A stretch of 64,000 nucleotides of DNA from the NCBI RefSeq assembly GCF_009914755.1, contig NC_060942.1, one strand, 5' to 3'. The number at the start of each line of letters is the position of its first letter. Positions within the stretch are counted from its first letter, which is position 1. A model generated the notes under the pieces. The model did not search any database. It saw only the letters and a list, made by a program, of their open reading frames with translations, and was not told where the DNA came from. This document shows positions 12,225-28,310 of the stretch, piece by piece. A program made the translations under genes and the position numbers. Source of the stretch: the human T2T-CHM13v2.0 reference genome, Homo sapiens.

Positions 12225-12960
12225 GTATTCTAGTCTAGCTGCTTGGTTGTAGTTTCTGAAATACAAATCTGGCTTTTTTTTTTTTTTTGACAGAGTATCA
12301 CTTTGACACCCAGCCTGGAGTGCTGTGGTGCAGTCACAGCACACTGCAGCCTCAGCCACCCAAGCTCAATCGATTCTCCCACCTCAGCCTCCTGTGTAGC
12401 CGTGACTACAGGCATGTGCCACCACACCTGGCTAATTTTTGTATTTTTGGTAGAGACAGGTTTTAACCATGTTGCCCAGGCTGGTCTCAAACTCCTGGGC
12501 TTAAGCAATCCACCCGCCTCAGCCTCCTAAAGTATTGGGATTACAGGTGTGAGCCCCCATGCCTGTCCACAAATCTAGCTTAATCATAAATGGGGATTTA
12601 TTGGCTTGTGTAGTTGGGAGTGGAGGAATAGAGTTTGGTTTCAGGCATAGCTGGATCCAGCAGCTCAATGACAACCGGGCTCTGTCTCCCTTTCCAGAGC
12701 TCAGCTCACTTCTCACTGTGCTGTGGCTTCATTCTGAGGCAGAGTTTCTCCTATAACATAAGAGATGACAGGCTCAAGCTTATCCCCCTACAACTAAAGA
12801 TTAAAAAGGAAGGACCTTCCCACTCTCTCTCAGCATCTATATTACACATCTTATAGAGAGGGTCACCCATCCAAACCCAAATGATGTATTCACTGTTACC
12901 AAGGGTGGAGAATTCTCCTTTGCCAGCTGGTGGCATCTGCTTGTCTTGATTGATGAGCTG
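12225..12960 (-). mobile_element. MLT1 (J-like) LTR interrupted by the AluJ
   Basis: gatttattggctt...ttcaggcatagctggatccagcagctcaatga. Confidence 0.6.
12274..12568 (-). mobile_element. AluJ
   Basis: Poly-T plus AluJ-type body; TSD acaaatctggct/acaaatctagct. Confidence 0.93.
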
Positions 12961-13593
12961 ACCCAGGCGCTATGCCATCAGAGAGGCCCCCTCAAGGGAG
13001 TGGACACTAAGCACACAGCCGGTATTTTCTGTCACAGAAGAGGAAGAATGAGTACTACTGTGTAGAGAGCTGTTTCAGGGGAGAAATGGGCAAAGCAAAA
13101 CTAGAGGAAATCTTCCTATCAAACTTAATGAGTCTGAATTCGCACCCAAATGTATTTACATTTCAAAATATGTGGACATAGACCTGCCCATAGTCACATT
13201 GCATTTACCTCCTTTTATCTGGGTTGGTCTCCCCCTTCACTGTCCTCCCCACCAGACTGTGTATCCTTGCTGCCTATGGGAGGTATTGCCTAATAGTCTG
13301 CTGGACTGAAATCATAATGTTAAGGCTTTTATTTGTATACTTACTTAAATAAGTTGAACATTTTGGAGTTGAGATTGGCCAGGCAGCTGTAAGAGATTTT
13401 GTCTTTCTGTAGTCAAATAAAACAGTATGAAAATTGCTTGCTCAGCCATGCTGGTTGTCATGTTGCTAATAAAACTTATGCAAGAATAGGCCAACCCCAA
13501 TATTTCATGAAAAAAATGTGCTTTGCTGTCATTTAGTGTCTTCATTTTCATTAAGTTCTGAATTACAAGGAATTGCTTAAAAATAAATTTTGT

Positions 13594-13893
13594 GGCTGAG
13601 GCTGGTGGCTCAAGCCTGTAATCCCAATTTTGGGAGGCTGAGGCAGGAGGACCACTTGAGCCCAGGAATTTGAGACCAGACTGTGCAACACGGTGAAACC
13701 CTGTCTCTACTTAAAAAAAAAAAAATTAGCCAGGAATGCCTGTAGTCCCAGCTACTCAGGAAGCTGGGACAGGAGGATTGCTTGAGTCCGAGAGTTTAAG
13801 GCTGTAGTAAACTAGTGTCACACCACTGTACTCCAGCCTGTGTGACAGACCAAAATACTGCCCTGAAAGACAAAAATTTTAAAAATAAAATAA
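13594..13893 (+). mobile_element. AluJ
   Basis: ggctgaggctggtggctcaagcctgtaatccc...actccagcctg followed by an A-rich tail. Confidence 0.9.
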
Positions 13894-15009
13894 AATTTGC
13901 TTTGGGAAATTTCTACTTTACACAGTGAGAGTAAGCCACTGTTTCTAAAATGAAGTTTTTTTAAAATTTTCATTTAAAATGTTGGTAATTTAATGTATAA
14001 AGTTGGACATTAACTTTGGAAAGTTAAATAGCTTTCACTGAAAATGTGGTAAATTTTCATATAAACAAAATACTAGATATCTCTGAGCTTTGATTCTGAT
14101 TTAGGAATTTGAAAGTTCTTGGTTCTTTTCCTCTCCCCTGCCACAGGGGAACGCATAGCAAATTTGGCTTGATCTGAGATGGCATCTGCCTCGTTAATTT
14201 TTTTTGGTAGAATATATTGCACCCAGAATGATTTTGGCTTTCCCCTCACCTATCAAATGGATTTTCATGCAGTGGCCAAACTGTGATGTTTTGCTCATTT
14301 CACTTTGGGTTAAATTCCTATGTCTATGACTGCAGGTAAAATGTCTCAAGTTTCATTGGGGATTCAGAATGTTTCAGGTTATCAAGAAAGTGTTTTTCTC
14401 CTGGAGAAGGCTGGTGTGTGGCTTAATGACTTCTCCACATGGCTCCTTCCTATACCCTGTGCTCATTCCCTGCCCTGGCAATCTTTAGCAAAGAGAATGA
14501 ATCCTAGATGGGTCTCTTTTAGAGTTGTAGAGATAAAGTATAGCTGGAAAATTCAGATGAAAGTGGATCTCTAAAAAATAGATGTTAACTCTAGCTCCAA
14601 TTCTTAAGTGGGGAATGAGGAGTAAATGTCTTTTTCTGGGGATGCCAGTACTAACAGTGAGGCACTTTTTAAACATGTGTCTTTCAGTTTAAATGAAATG
14701 ATTGGAATTGGGCTGTCTGTTAATATGTTTCTTTGCAGCTATGATATGTATACTTTTTGGAAATACTTTAAAATAATAAGGAGCTGTTGAAAACTATGCA
14801 GAAATAACTTAAAAGAATGGACCAGTTGTGCTGCAGAAATTAGCAGTGAGATGTGTCTTTACTTAGCAAAGGTTGAGAACAACATATGAGAGGGGGAGGC
14901 AGTCACCAGAAGTGAGCAACTCCAGAAAAACCACCAGTATAAGACACATAACTATCTTCCAAACAGCATGGTATGTAAGATGCTACTTACGTTGACATTT
15001 ATTTTAATA

Positions 15010-15205
15010 CTAGTAATAATAATAGTTTGCTAACATGTATTTGTAACATGTTAACTTTCCTAAACACATTCATGTGTTTTATTTATTTCCTCAAAGACAC
15101 CTATGACATTGGTAGTAAAACTATCCCTGTTTTACAATCATGAAATGGATGCACAGATTGAGTAACTTGTCCAGAGTCTAACAGCCAAGATTTGAACTTA
15201 GGTGA
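15010..15205 (-). mobile_element. MIR
   Basis: tatccctgttttaca...gcacagattgagtaacttgtcc...gatttgaact. Confidence 0.6.
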
Positions 15206-17394
15206 TCTTCAGATGTGGGTGATTCATGTACCAATATGTCAGTCTTGAATAAGAACTTATATTGTATATGCATGTTTACAACAATTTTGTCCCAAGGTGT
15301 ATTTGAAGATATATGTTATTTGGGAGAAAATGAAATAGTGCCTTAAGATTCTGGGCTTTGTTCTTGAGCTTTTAAATAACAGTCTAGTAATTCTGTTTTC
15401 AGTAATGGTTAATGTGCTTGTTTCAGACCATTCTCCATTTAGAACAAATAGAAAATCTGGAAGTGGGGAGGGATATCAATTTGAAAGTATTGAGATCTAC
15501 AAGATAGCAAGAATTTGTGGGGCCAATATTCCAGGGAGAAGGTAACCCAGAAAAGGAGCAACTTTTCCCATTCAGGCATTTGCTGAATTAAAAGTCTCAT
15601 CTGGGAAGCTGAAAAGCTGAGTGGAGTTTTTGGAAAACTCAAAGAGCTGTGAAATTCATATTTTGCTAAGGAGGAGGAGCTCTGGAAAATAGCTCAAGCT
15701 TTTATTGGGACCTCAAAGGGTTTCACTGTAGGAATAAGAGTGAATCTGAGAAGTGATTTCTCACAGTGACTGAAGCCAAGCTTCTGATCATGCAAGCACT
15801 AGAAAGAAGTAATCTGTTCCTAGCCTGTGCCTCTGCTAGCTGCAAAAGTGAATCCACTCTGGATGAAAGTAACATTAACTGTAGCCTCAGATTTTCTCTA
15901 CAAGTTTTTATTTCCAGTGTTATTCAATTAAAAATAACCAGGTACCCCAAAACATAGCACTTAACTGAAAATCAGTAGCACAAAAAGTATACAAATAGGA
16001 ACTCTTAGGAGATCCAGATACTAGAGTTATTTAACTTCAATATAACATGGGTTGAAGGAGTTTAATATAACAATGATTAAAATATTTAGAGAATTGAATG
16101 ACAAATGGAATAATTTCATAGAGAACTAATTCTGTTAAAAAGTGAAAAGAGATTCTAGAATGAAAATCTATGTTAAAACCTAGTGAGTTGGTTTAAGAGA
16201 AGATTTTACACAGCTGAGAGCTAATAAATTAACCAAAATTTCTACAGAAAAAAGTATTTAACTGGATATACAGAGAAGAACAAAAGAACGGAAAACACCA
16301 GAAAGAATGTACAAGCTGTATGACATGGCAGGTCTAGCATACATAATTAGAGTATCTTCAGGAAAGTCAAAAGGCAGAGGAATTGAAGCAATATTTTAGT
16401 AGATAGTCACTGGAGGTTTTCCAAAACTGACATCAAGCCACAGATGTAAAGAAGAGTTATGGACCCAAATGTGATAAACACAAAGAAAACTTATATATGC
16501 TGTCATCAAACTGCTGGGAACCAAAGACAAGAGAAAGTCTTAAAAGCAGCCAGAGAAGAAAGACATTCCACCTTCAAAGGAGCAATATAAGACTGAAAGC
16601 AGCCTCTCAGCAGAAATAATGGAAGCTACAAGACAGTGGATTGACATCTGCAAGGTACAGAAAGGAAATATCCACCAACCCAGAATTCTACTTCTAATGA
16701 AGGAGAAATAAAATTATTTTTATACCAACAACAAACAAAAAAACAAAAAAAACCTGAGGAAATTAATTACCAGCAGAATTGCACCAAAGGAAACACTAAA
16801 AGGAGTTCTTTTGGCAAAAGAAAATGATCCTAGATAAAGCATGATCGTGCAGGGAATAAGGAGCGGTGGCAAGGAGTATTGCTGGAGGTAAATCTGAATA
16901 AAAATTGACTGTAAAAATTCTAAGTAATAATGGTTTTTTGGGTCTCACATAGAGATTTAAAATATGTGACAGCAATAGCTTGTTAACTCAAGAAAAAGAG
17001 AATGGGGTTAGTGTTTTAAGTTTCTTGAGATTTTCAGGATATGGCATATGTACAAACTGATATTGAACTTCAGTAATTTAGGGAGCCATATTGTAATCTC
17101 TACAGCAATCACAAAAAGAATAGAGAAGGGATATGTAAAGAACAAGCTACTGGCATGGAAATTATAATAATAAAAACACCAATCTAGAAGAGAGCAGTAA
17201 AGGGGAGATAAACAAAGAACACAGCTCAATAGAGAGCTCAAACCCAAATATATGAATTATAGTAAATATGCATAAAATTATTTCAAAGGCAAAGATTGTT
17301 AGATCAGATAAAAAAGGATAGGAAAATGTCTGTTTGCTGCTTGCAAGAGACATAAATATGAAGATATAGAAAGGATGCAATAAAAGGTTATATC

Positions 17395-17990
<596 letters not shown>

Positions 17991-20900
17991 ACATAGTTAC
18001 ATAGCCTAAACAAAAGAAAAGCTGACATAGCTGAACTAAACTGTTAAAAAGTTGACTTTAGGCAAGAAACTTAATATCCAAAAATAGGAAACTTTACACT
18101 GATAAGAGGTTCAATATAAACAGAAAATACCACCCTTTTAAATGTTTTCTACCTTACAGCATAATCTCAAATATGTAAAAGACATCATGTTGCCTAATAT
18201 TTTAGTGGTTTGACTTCAAAGAATAGAATGTTCTAAAGTCAGAAAGAACAGATAATGTTCTAATGTTCTGTATGGACATTGGAAAAATATTGATACTGAT
18301 TCCTTCTTTTTGCAGATTTCAAATTCAGACCATGTCATTTCTTTCCACAATCCCTTTCAAAGGAGGTTGGTGTTTTCTGTTATCCTTATGTGAGTTACTT
18401 AGTTGAGGAAGTGTAAATGTAGGGCTCAGCTTGAAGTAGGAGAGAAGAGACTTGGTCTCCCTTTTGCAGGTGGAGTTGGTGCTAGGTGTCCTCCCTTGGG
18501 AGCTTCAGGTAAAGTCTGGAATGGGTAGTAAGGCTGTTTGTTTCTCTGCTGTTAGCAGAAGTCTTACCCCAGAGTACAGTGGCTTCAGAAGTACCTGGAA
18601 AAATGAAAGCATACCAGGAAGAGTAAGAATCTCACCTTGCCTTGTTCTTTGGTATTTCACTCATGCATCAAAAATGTGAGCATCAGGAAAATTGCACTGG
18701 ATTTCTGAATCTTCTCTTCTTCTCAAACAGTTATTTGTTGGCTATTAAGAGCATCTCCATTGATTAGAAGTGGTAGAGACATACTTGTGCCTTCGGAAAG
18801 GGGGAATAGAATGTGAACACAACCTATTCTTGAAAGAGCTTGAAATAATATTCTATACCAAGCTGATTCTCTTTGGAACTGCTGTTGTCCACCAAGATAA
18901 ACAGCTTCAATCAGGGAGCAGTTTTTTCTAATCAGGTTTACAGCTTTGAACTTCAATGAAAACTGATTTTCTAAATTGTTAGTCAGTGGAATTATATTTT
19001 CAGTCTGGTTGTCTTTTCATTCAAAGAAGCTGAGCTAATGAGAGCAGGTGTTGGAGAGAAAATGAGCCATAAAATTCTCTGTATCTGTTGGACCTAGACT
19101 GCTGAATTGAGAGTTGCAGAATTGGCCATTTGTTAGAATGCATTTCAGGATTTCCCCCTGAAGTTTCACAAAACAGAAAATTTAAACAGCAATATTAGTT
19201 TTTATGTACCATAAGAGAATGAAGGAAAATAATTCCTTCAGCTAAAGGAAATGATGGACATAGTTGCTTTTGAAGAAGTGGTTGTCTACCATTTTCCAGT
19301 AATTGTCTTTCTTCTATCATGTTACCTCTGATTCTTATTGCTGAAATGTAGAAGAAATAAGAGCCTACAAGGGAAAGAGTTCTCTGAACTTGGAATTCTG
19401 ACCTCATACTTCTTACCTCTCTTAGCTAAAGCAGAAATAATGAGGATCTAGTATATTACCCCTTTACACTTCTGCAAAGGTTCTTAACTTATGTAAGAAT
19501 CAAGTCAATTTTCTATGTAAAATCTTGACAGGGATTGTCAGAAAAATTTAGTGTGGAATGAAATGGAGCCTAATTTCATTTTACTTGAAACTCCATTACA
19601 GATGGAAAGTTTGTAGTATAAGATACTGGCAGGTACTTGAAAATGCAGGTAGCAGAACAGAAATTCTTTGGCTTGCTCCCTAACCTTAAAATACTATTTA
19701 AAGATGGATCTTGTATCTGAAAGTGCACACACAAGATTGTTAGCAGTTGATCACCTCTGAGGCATGAAATTAAAGGGTTGAGAGAGTGGAAGACTTAATT
19801 TTTACTTTTTAAACTTTTGAAATGTTAGGAGTTTTTTTTTTTTTTTTACAACTGATATATGTTTTTAAAAATGGATTTTTAATGACCTAGAAGTTTTCTG
19901 TGTAAATGCATTGTTATATAAAGGGTATGGAAGAGAAGCTTCACTGCTTATTGCTTCATCCAGCCGACCTAGACTTTTGATCTTTGACAGATTTGTTTCC
20001 AAGCAAATAATTATAAATAAGTTATCATTTTACTGCATATCCTTGAAGGTTAGGTAGCATCTCCTACCCTCAGAAATGAGAATGCCAAGCAACCGCCCCA
20101 GGCAGATAAACATTTTATATTTAAAGGCTTCCAGGGGAGAATTTACCGCTCTATTTACTATGAGGATATTCTTGAATATATCTATTTTGAGTGACTCATG
20201 CTATAATGTAGGTGTTTTCTTCTCCTTCTCCCCTGGTGGAGGAGAACAGCTGCTTGCTAACCTTCTGTGTACCTACACTCTTACATTGTTATTATTAGAA
20301 TGCTGTGCAGGGGGGTATCCACTTAAAGCTGGGTGTGACTGAGAAGTATTCCAGACATTATGTGACATACTGGCATGTAGTGATTAAGGAGACATGGTCT
20401 CACATAAAGACACCAGCATGGGCCTGTGGCTCAGGGGGCCTTGTGGCTTGGGAAGTGCCTCATTCCCATCTCCACTTAGCACTCCTCTATCTGATGGGAT
20501 TGTTCCCCACCACAAAGCTGCTTTTGGCTCCTTCTCTTTGTGACTTCCATGGAACATGCCACCTACACAAAGAAGGAAGAAGAAAGAAGGCTGTGGTACC
20601 ATCCTATTTGCAAAGACTCAGAAACTGACCTTCCTTTGAATTCCATTTCCACCCTCTACTAAATCTTAATTCTTCATTTGTTAAATGGAACTAATAGCAC
20701 TGAACTCACCTTGCAGTTTGTGAGAACTAAGTAAGCTTTTTGTCAGTACAAGGAGTGTGGATGAGCTTCTTGGTAACTAAGCTCCCAAAAGACTTAGATG
20801 AAATGAAATTCCAGTTTATTATTTGGCAATGGAAAAATAGAGCCCTCCATCTGAGAAGACACTGTTTCCTCTGGCTAGCACATGAACTACATGGAGAGAC

Positions 20901-21557
20901 ATTTGTGTATCTTTGTGAACACAGATTCAGAGTAAGGAGAATTAATGGCATAATTCAGATGTTTGACATTGTCAGGAATGTGGCTGAAAATAGTATCCCA
21001 CAGCAAGTAGGTCACAGTAGAAAAAGCAGAAGGTGCCTGGGAATCAAACAGTCATCTGGGACAAGTTGCTTTTTCTCAGCTTCTGGAAAATGGGTATGAT
21101 AACACTTGCTCATCAGCTTGGTTTAATTATGAGATAATTCAATGTGAAAAAGGCCCAACAAGGACTAGACTTTTTCATCTCCTTCCTATAAAACATTGAG
21201 CCATATCTGATTTGTAATTAGTGAAGTTAATGATCCAGCATTCTAGATTCCCTTCTATTTTCCATGGGAATGGAAGAGGCTTCTGAAGCCTGTTTTGTTC
21301 TTATCTTTGCTTGCTTATATCATGCTGTCCTTGAAAACCATAGTTACCTGTCTTGATTGCAAAGATTTATAAACAAGGCATAGTCACACTTTATACATAC
21401 ATATTCATAGACATGGAATGCAACTATGATAGCAATTTGAACAGAGGAAATTAAAAAATGTTTTGAGTAATGCCCATGTCTGCATAAATTTTACCTAGTC
21501 ACTCGTCTCTACTTTTGTTTATTGATACCCACATTAGACCAGTTGAAAAGGACAGCA

Positions 21558-21859
<302 letters not shown>

Positions 21860-23276
21860 TCATCAAGAGTGTGCCTGCTTTGAATGACACTACTGTTATC
21901 TCCATATCTAAGCTGTAGACAGATGGTGTATATGCAGACAATAAGAGGCAGTATCAGTAGTCCCTGTGCTGATGCAGAGGCGGTACTCACCTCAAAAACA
22001 TCTGACTTATAAATGACTCACAGATAAGAGCAAAATGGGAGCATTATCTCCTGGCTGATGTCTCTTGCCCTCGCTCCTGAAACTAGTTTTCAGAGGACCT
22101 GTGGCTTCAGAATGCTTTCCTGCTCCCTCTCCTTTTATTTCCCTATCATTGCTCAATCTCACATGCCATCTCTTCTGGGAAACACTTCTTGAATCCTGCA
22201 GAATGAGTTTCTGGCTTTTCTCTGCTGTGGGAAATCAGTAGATGGTCTCTGAGCTGAGAAGTGGTGCAGAGGGGCACATGACGGGCAGGTTGACAGATGG
22301 TCACATTCAGTAGGTAGGCTGAGCTCAGTTCGAAGGGTCCTGTGTGGCATGCTGAGGATGTTGAGCTTTATCTGATAAGCAACTTGGAAACTAGATTGTT
22401 AAACCTTGAAATAGAGTAACAGATTAAAATTTTAAAACTTGTTTTAAAATATGTAGCCTGCAGGCTGATTGCCCTGTAGTCTAATAAAGTGCTAACAGGT
22501 AACCTTTCGATACAGCTGGGATGCTGGCTTCAGGGATTCTGCATGAAAGAAATCTTCATGCAAAGGCTGAAAATTATAGAAGAAATATTATTGCAACAAA
22601 TGCATGATGATTTGCTGAAAGACGTATGAGAATACACCTGTGTTTACATTTCACTTTGAGATTTCTGTGGCTCATGGGCCTGTGACAGGACAGTTCTGTC
22701 TTCTCCATTTGCCCTTCCTGCAAATGGAGCATGGTACAGGTATCCTCACTCCTCAGGGCCATTCATCCATCCTGCATCCAGGGACTCAGTCAGTTTCTTT
22801 CAGCCATTACCTTTCCAGTAATAAGTGTGTTATTTGGCTTGTTTGTGGCTGTTTGTACAGCCAACTTTTTCGACATCAGTAGAGGACTAGAACAAAGCCC
22901 TTGAATACAGAAATTTGAGGTGTGGGTGGAAATCAAGCTAAGATTACATCATAATGTTCATTTCTTAGAGCTGCTGACAAAGATAAAGAAGCAAATGATG
23001 GAACCCTGAAAAAGTAAAGCAAAGTAGAGAAAGAGCTTACTTTAATGGCTTTCTTCTTAAGTGCTATTAGAAGAGAGAGAGGGCAGATCTTTCATTTGAA
23101 TCTTTCTAATTTCTTGGGTTATAAGGCTCTTGCTTGGCCCTAAGTATTTCCAGCAATTAAATCAAAGCCCATTAAGCTTAGGTTCATCATAGATCTTATT
23201 AAGGATTTAAATCTTTATGCAGATTTTATTTTTCTTATTGAATAGGATAAATAAAGGTGATGTACAAGGAAGTTCA

Positions 23277-23674
<398 letters not shown>

Positions 23675-24346
23675 AAGTAAGTTCAGAGGGAAACTTCTAG
23701 TTTTATTGTTGTGATGAGAATTACCAATATAATTTAATATATTTTAATACAAGTGTTAATATATGTAGAATACTTAACGCAGTGCGTGGAAATGTTTTGG
23801 AGAGAAGTCTTGAAATAATAAGAGCTAGAGCTATCATAATGGAGACTCACACTATCCTTGTAGGCTATATCCTTGTTCCATCTACTAAATAATGTGCCTT
23901 TATTTACGGAGCACCTATTAAGTGCCAGTTAGTATGTTGATACCAAGGATATCTATAAACAAGTCCTCCCAGAGCTGATATCCCAGTGGACGATTAGCTA
24001 GTCTTCAATAAAGAGAACAATTCATGATTTGATTTACTTGTTACTGTAATTATATGAGTGTCTAAAAAATAGTGCATCCTTGAATTTTAGAACAGAGTTC
24101 CTGAGGCAGTCAGTGCATTCTGGGGTTTTGCCCCAAAGTGCAGGAAATATGAAATCCAAATTTATATAAATGAGATTTGAGCAGCTTCACTTATAACCTA
24201 ATTTCTACTGATATTCCCAGTTTTGTGTAAACGTCTACAAAATGAGTTCTATCTAAAGCTGACGCCAACTGTTTAATATGTGTATTAGATATACATATAT
24301 GTATAGATATATATGATAAATATGTATTATGTATATTAATGTATAT

Positions 24347-25065
24347 GTTGTGCTGGACCCAGTTTATTCATCTCCCAGGATCTTCTTGGCCATTCTTTTC
24401 TGCTGTGCTTCCCTGATCCCCCTCTAGGGAAATTCCCTGATGCCCACTGCATTCTTTAGACACAGAGCTCAGATTTCTACCCTGATCCTTGCTGGTGGCA
24501 GCCAGGTAGTCAGGACACCTCTGCTGGGCCAGCCAGGCCCATTATTACTCCCGTCTCCCAACTCTGATGTCACTTGTGATCAAGAACTGGCATTACTGCC
24601 TGGCGCCTGGGGCTTCCATGAGCCTTCTGAACTTCAGTGCTCCTATTCTGACCCCCAGGCACCTCTGGCCCAAGTATGCCCACTGGAGTTCCCATAACCC
24701 TGGCCTGCGTAGCAGATGTCACTCCTGTTGGGGAACTCAGGCTTCCAGGATGGCTGCCAGAGGGACCAGGGAACCAGTCAGAAATGGGGGTTGAGGAGTC
24801 GGTACCCTGTGGTGCAAACATTGATGGTTGAAGACCAGAGCTAGTAGAAATTCTGCTCCCATGGTGGACTGTGTGCAGATTCAGGGGTTTTTACAGATAC
24901 TCTGATCTGCTGTGCCTGTGAAAACCGTGGCCAGGTCAGTAACCAACCTGCCCCATATACCTCCCTCCCCTGCCTCAAAGCCCTGCCTCCCTCACAACCA
25001 TTTACATGGAAGCCAGGAAGTGTTTTCCCAGGCTCCATTTTCCAGAGAACCCAGGCAAAAGTACA
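24347..25065 (+). mobile_element. Probable old ERVL-class LTR (LTR16/LTR33-like)
   Basis: GC-richer block ending ...caggctccattttccagagaacccaggc, typical of ERVL LTR 3' ends; subfamily uncertain. Confidence 0.45.
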
Positions 25066-25124
25066 AGTGGAGGGCTAGTAGATTGGAGGTTTATATTTGA
25101 GAAAATTTATGGAGAATTTTCTGA

Positions 25125-25471
<347 letters not shown>

Positions 25472-26857
25472 TTCTGCCAGTTTTTTAAGTTTTTCTTTTA
25501 GTTTGGGAGAGATAAAATGGATTCAGATAAACAGATGGATCTATGTGCTCAGTGAGGGAAGAGTGCAGGGGGCGGGGGTCTGTCTTGTTCAATCTCAGAT
25601 CCCAGGCAAAGCACCTGCTGGTATATGCAACTTGGGAAACCCACCTGCTGAAGTCACAGAACTAATTAGCCTTTCCAAGCTCAGGAATCATCTGGCCTCT
25701 TTCACCACCTTTTCCTCTCGTTTATCTTGTTCCTCTGGATTATTTGCATTTAACAGAAATGCTGAATACTTCTATTTAGCAGAAACATTAAAAACAAGGT
25801 TTGTCCAGTATGCAGGGAAATAATCTTAGATGTATGTTACAGGAGAACTTAACAGGTAAAGATCCATGATTTGCACCATATTTGCATGGGGATTGTGATG
25901 CTCTTGAGCAAGGTAGAGGCCCACTCCCTACTCTGTCTCAGCTTTCCTGTCTTTGTAGACCATCCCTTGCTTTCTGGTTTCTGCTCCTACCATTTCAAAT
26001 GAATTATGCTGACTAGTGCTGTCAAGTACTTTCCTTCTGGATCCTTATCCCAATTATTTTCTGGCACAGATAGCAAATGCATTCTTAAAAGTTCTTCCAC
26101 TGAGAAAGAAGCCATTTCTGATCTGACTTCCTACTCTGTTCCTCCTAGGTCCCTCCCTTTTTACACTGTATGTCCCTCTGTTGGATGAGCCCATGATCTC
26201 CCTGAAGCCCTAGTCCATGTCCTCTTCATTTTTGCATCCTGTATCCTAGGCTCTTCGCTCTGTTTCTAGACCTTTAATAAATGAGTTCTACATGGCTGAA
26301 TGTATGATGTTTCAACCTTTCTTGCCTTCCCTACAATTTTTTTTTAACTGGAGGTTTGCAGCTCTGTAAATCCCCTAAAAAAATTATGGTTTGTGCTTTT
26401 AAGTTTCTGCTTATAAAGTAAACAGAATAATGATTAAAATAAACACACTCAGTATTTATAGTAATATGAAAACTAAGTGAGACTAACAATTACTCACTGA
26501 GGATTTTCATGTCTTTAATATTTGAATGCAATCTGGCTTATTGCAGCAGGACTTTGCAGATGACAGCATAATATTTAAAAATATTTATACTTGTACATAA
26601 TCAGCATTTTCTACAACTTATTTTGGGTAAATTGAAATGACCCTAAAAGTTCTATAAAATATACCTAAAACAAGTCTAAAAACAATCAGACTTTGAAAGC
26701 TTCTGTTAGGAGGTTTCTATTGCTTGTCTTTCTGAGGATCTGGTTCGTTTTGGTGGGGTCAAGGCACAACTCGGCACACAGGTCTTCCACCTTTTACTCA
26801 AAATCTTGTGCACCTTTCTTGGGATAGGTAGTGGAATGAAGACTGTTTGATATTGGG

Positions 26858-26893
<36 letters not shown>
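26858..26893. repeat. (TG)n(AG)n microsatellite
   Basis: Seen directly. Confidence 0.9.
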
Positions 26894-27139
26894 ATCTGCA
26901 CATAAACAGGAAGCCAAAATGCTAATATAGACAAGCAGTAAACCTACTCTCTTACCCCCACCCTGCAAAGTAGACATGGATATGTAGGCTGTATATTTGA
27001 TTGAATATTGGGGAAAAACCCTCTCCTTAAGATTTCTGTCTTACCTAGGTGCCTGAAATTCTGTGCTTTTTGAAAACCACTTTATAATGCACATGGTCAT
27101 AAGGGACGAGGAATCACAGAAAGACATGAGCATTTAGAA

Positions 27140-27670
27140 CATGAATTCTTGATTGTTTTCATGCCGTGTACACCTTTGGCAGCCTGGTGGAGTCTACAGA
27201 CCTCTTTTCAAAATGATATGCATAAATGCATAACATAAAATTTATAAGATTATAGTGAAATCAGTTAAGTTCAAAATAAAGGTATCCAAATATTAAAACA
27301 AAATTTGCTGTATAATAGTAGGTGTCTTTATTTATCAGTGCCCTAATAATGATATCTAGCAATAAGTCTATTCACTCAGGTAATTTTAAAGTAGTGAATG
27401 TAACATGTTGATGTGAAGTGAATATCTTCTCATTTTTTAGTGATGACAACGTCACAAATACTGCTAATAAAATTGTGCTTTGTCAACTACATCATATTTG
27501 AAGGAAGTGCCACATTCAAATATGAATACCACATTCAGGTGTTTTCAATACTTTCAGTTAGAAGGTATTGAAAATTAAGATGTAATTTTGTTATCATTGA
27601 CGTTTCTGGACCCTTTGAATTTTATCCATGGACACCTCCCAGGGATTTCTCTGATTCCATTGAAGAAAGT
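27140..27670. mobile_element. hAT-Charlie DNA transposon relic (Charlie4a/MER80-like)
   Basis: cctttggcagcctggtggagtcta...gtcacaaatactgctaata...ttcagttagaagg...ggaccctttgaattttatccatggac. Confidence 0.75.
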
Positions 27671-28310
27671 TTTAAGCAAGTGAATGGAGGCACAAGGAGA
27701 TGGAGGGTAAGAAAAGTAAAATGGGAAAGAGGAAGGTGGAAAACAAACTTGATAACTTTGCTGTGGCTAGTTCTGCTAAGACTGTGAATGGTGCTCCTAT
27801 GATATTGAATAGGCTAAATGCAGTTGCTCAATAAATGTAACAAACTCGCAGAATCATTTTACCTTCATTTGAATCTAAAGAGGACATGATTCTTCTCTGA
27901 TTAATACAGAATTCTGATATCCCCATCAACAGGTCTCGGTATGCAGCCTGCCTGGGCAAGTTACCTGGGGATGTCTACAACTCTCTAAGTTGCTTAGGTT
28001 ATCAGAAGTCACAGCAGAGTCTTTGGTGAGAAAAAATGAAATACGGACAAACTTGTAAAGGGAGATTTCTTGGGAAACTCTGTATTGCTTCCAATAGTCA
28101 TACTTAGCTTTCTTCTATTAGGTTTGGGGTAGAGAAAAGCTGGGAATAAGATTCGTTCTCACAATTTCACCATCAGTTTGCTAAAAGGCTTGTCTTTTTA
28201 AGTATAGAAATGGACTGTAAACTATGGGTTTGACTTAATTGGTCTGAGATTTGGCAGTTTCATGTGCGTAGGTGAATGGTGAGGCTTTTACATTTTTTAG
28301 ATTAAAAAAA

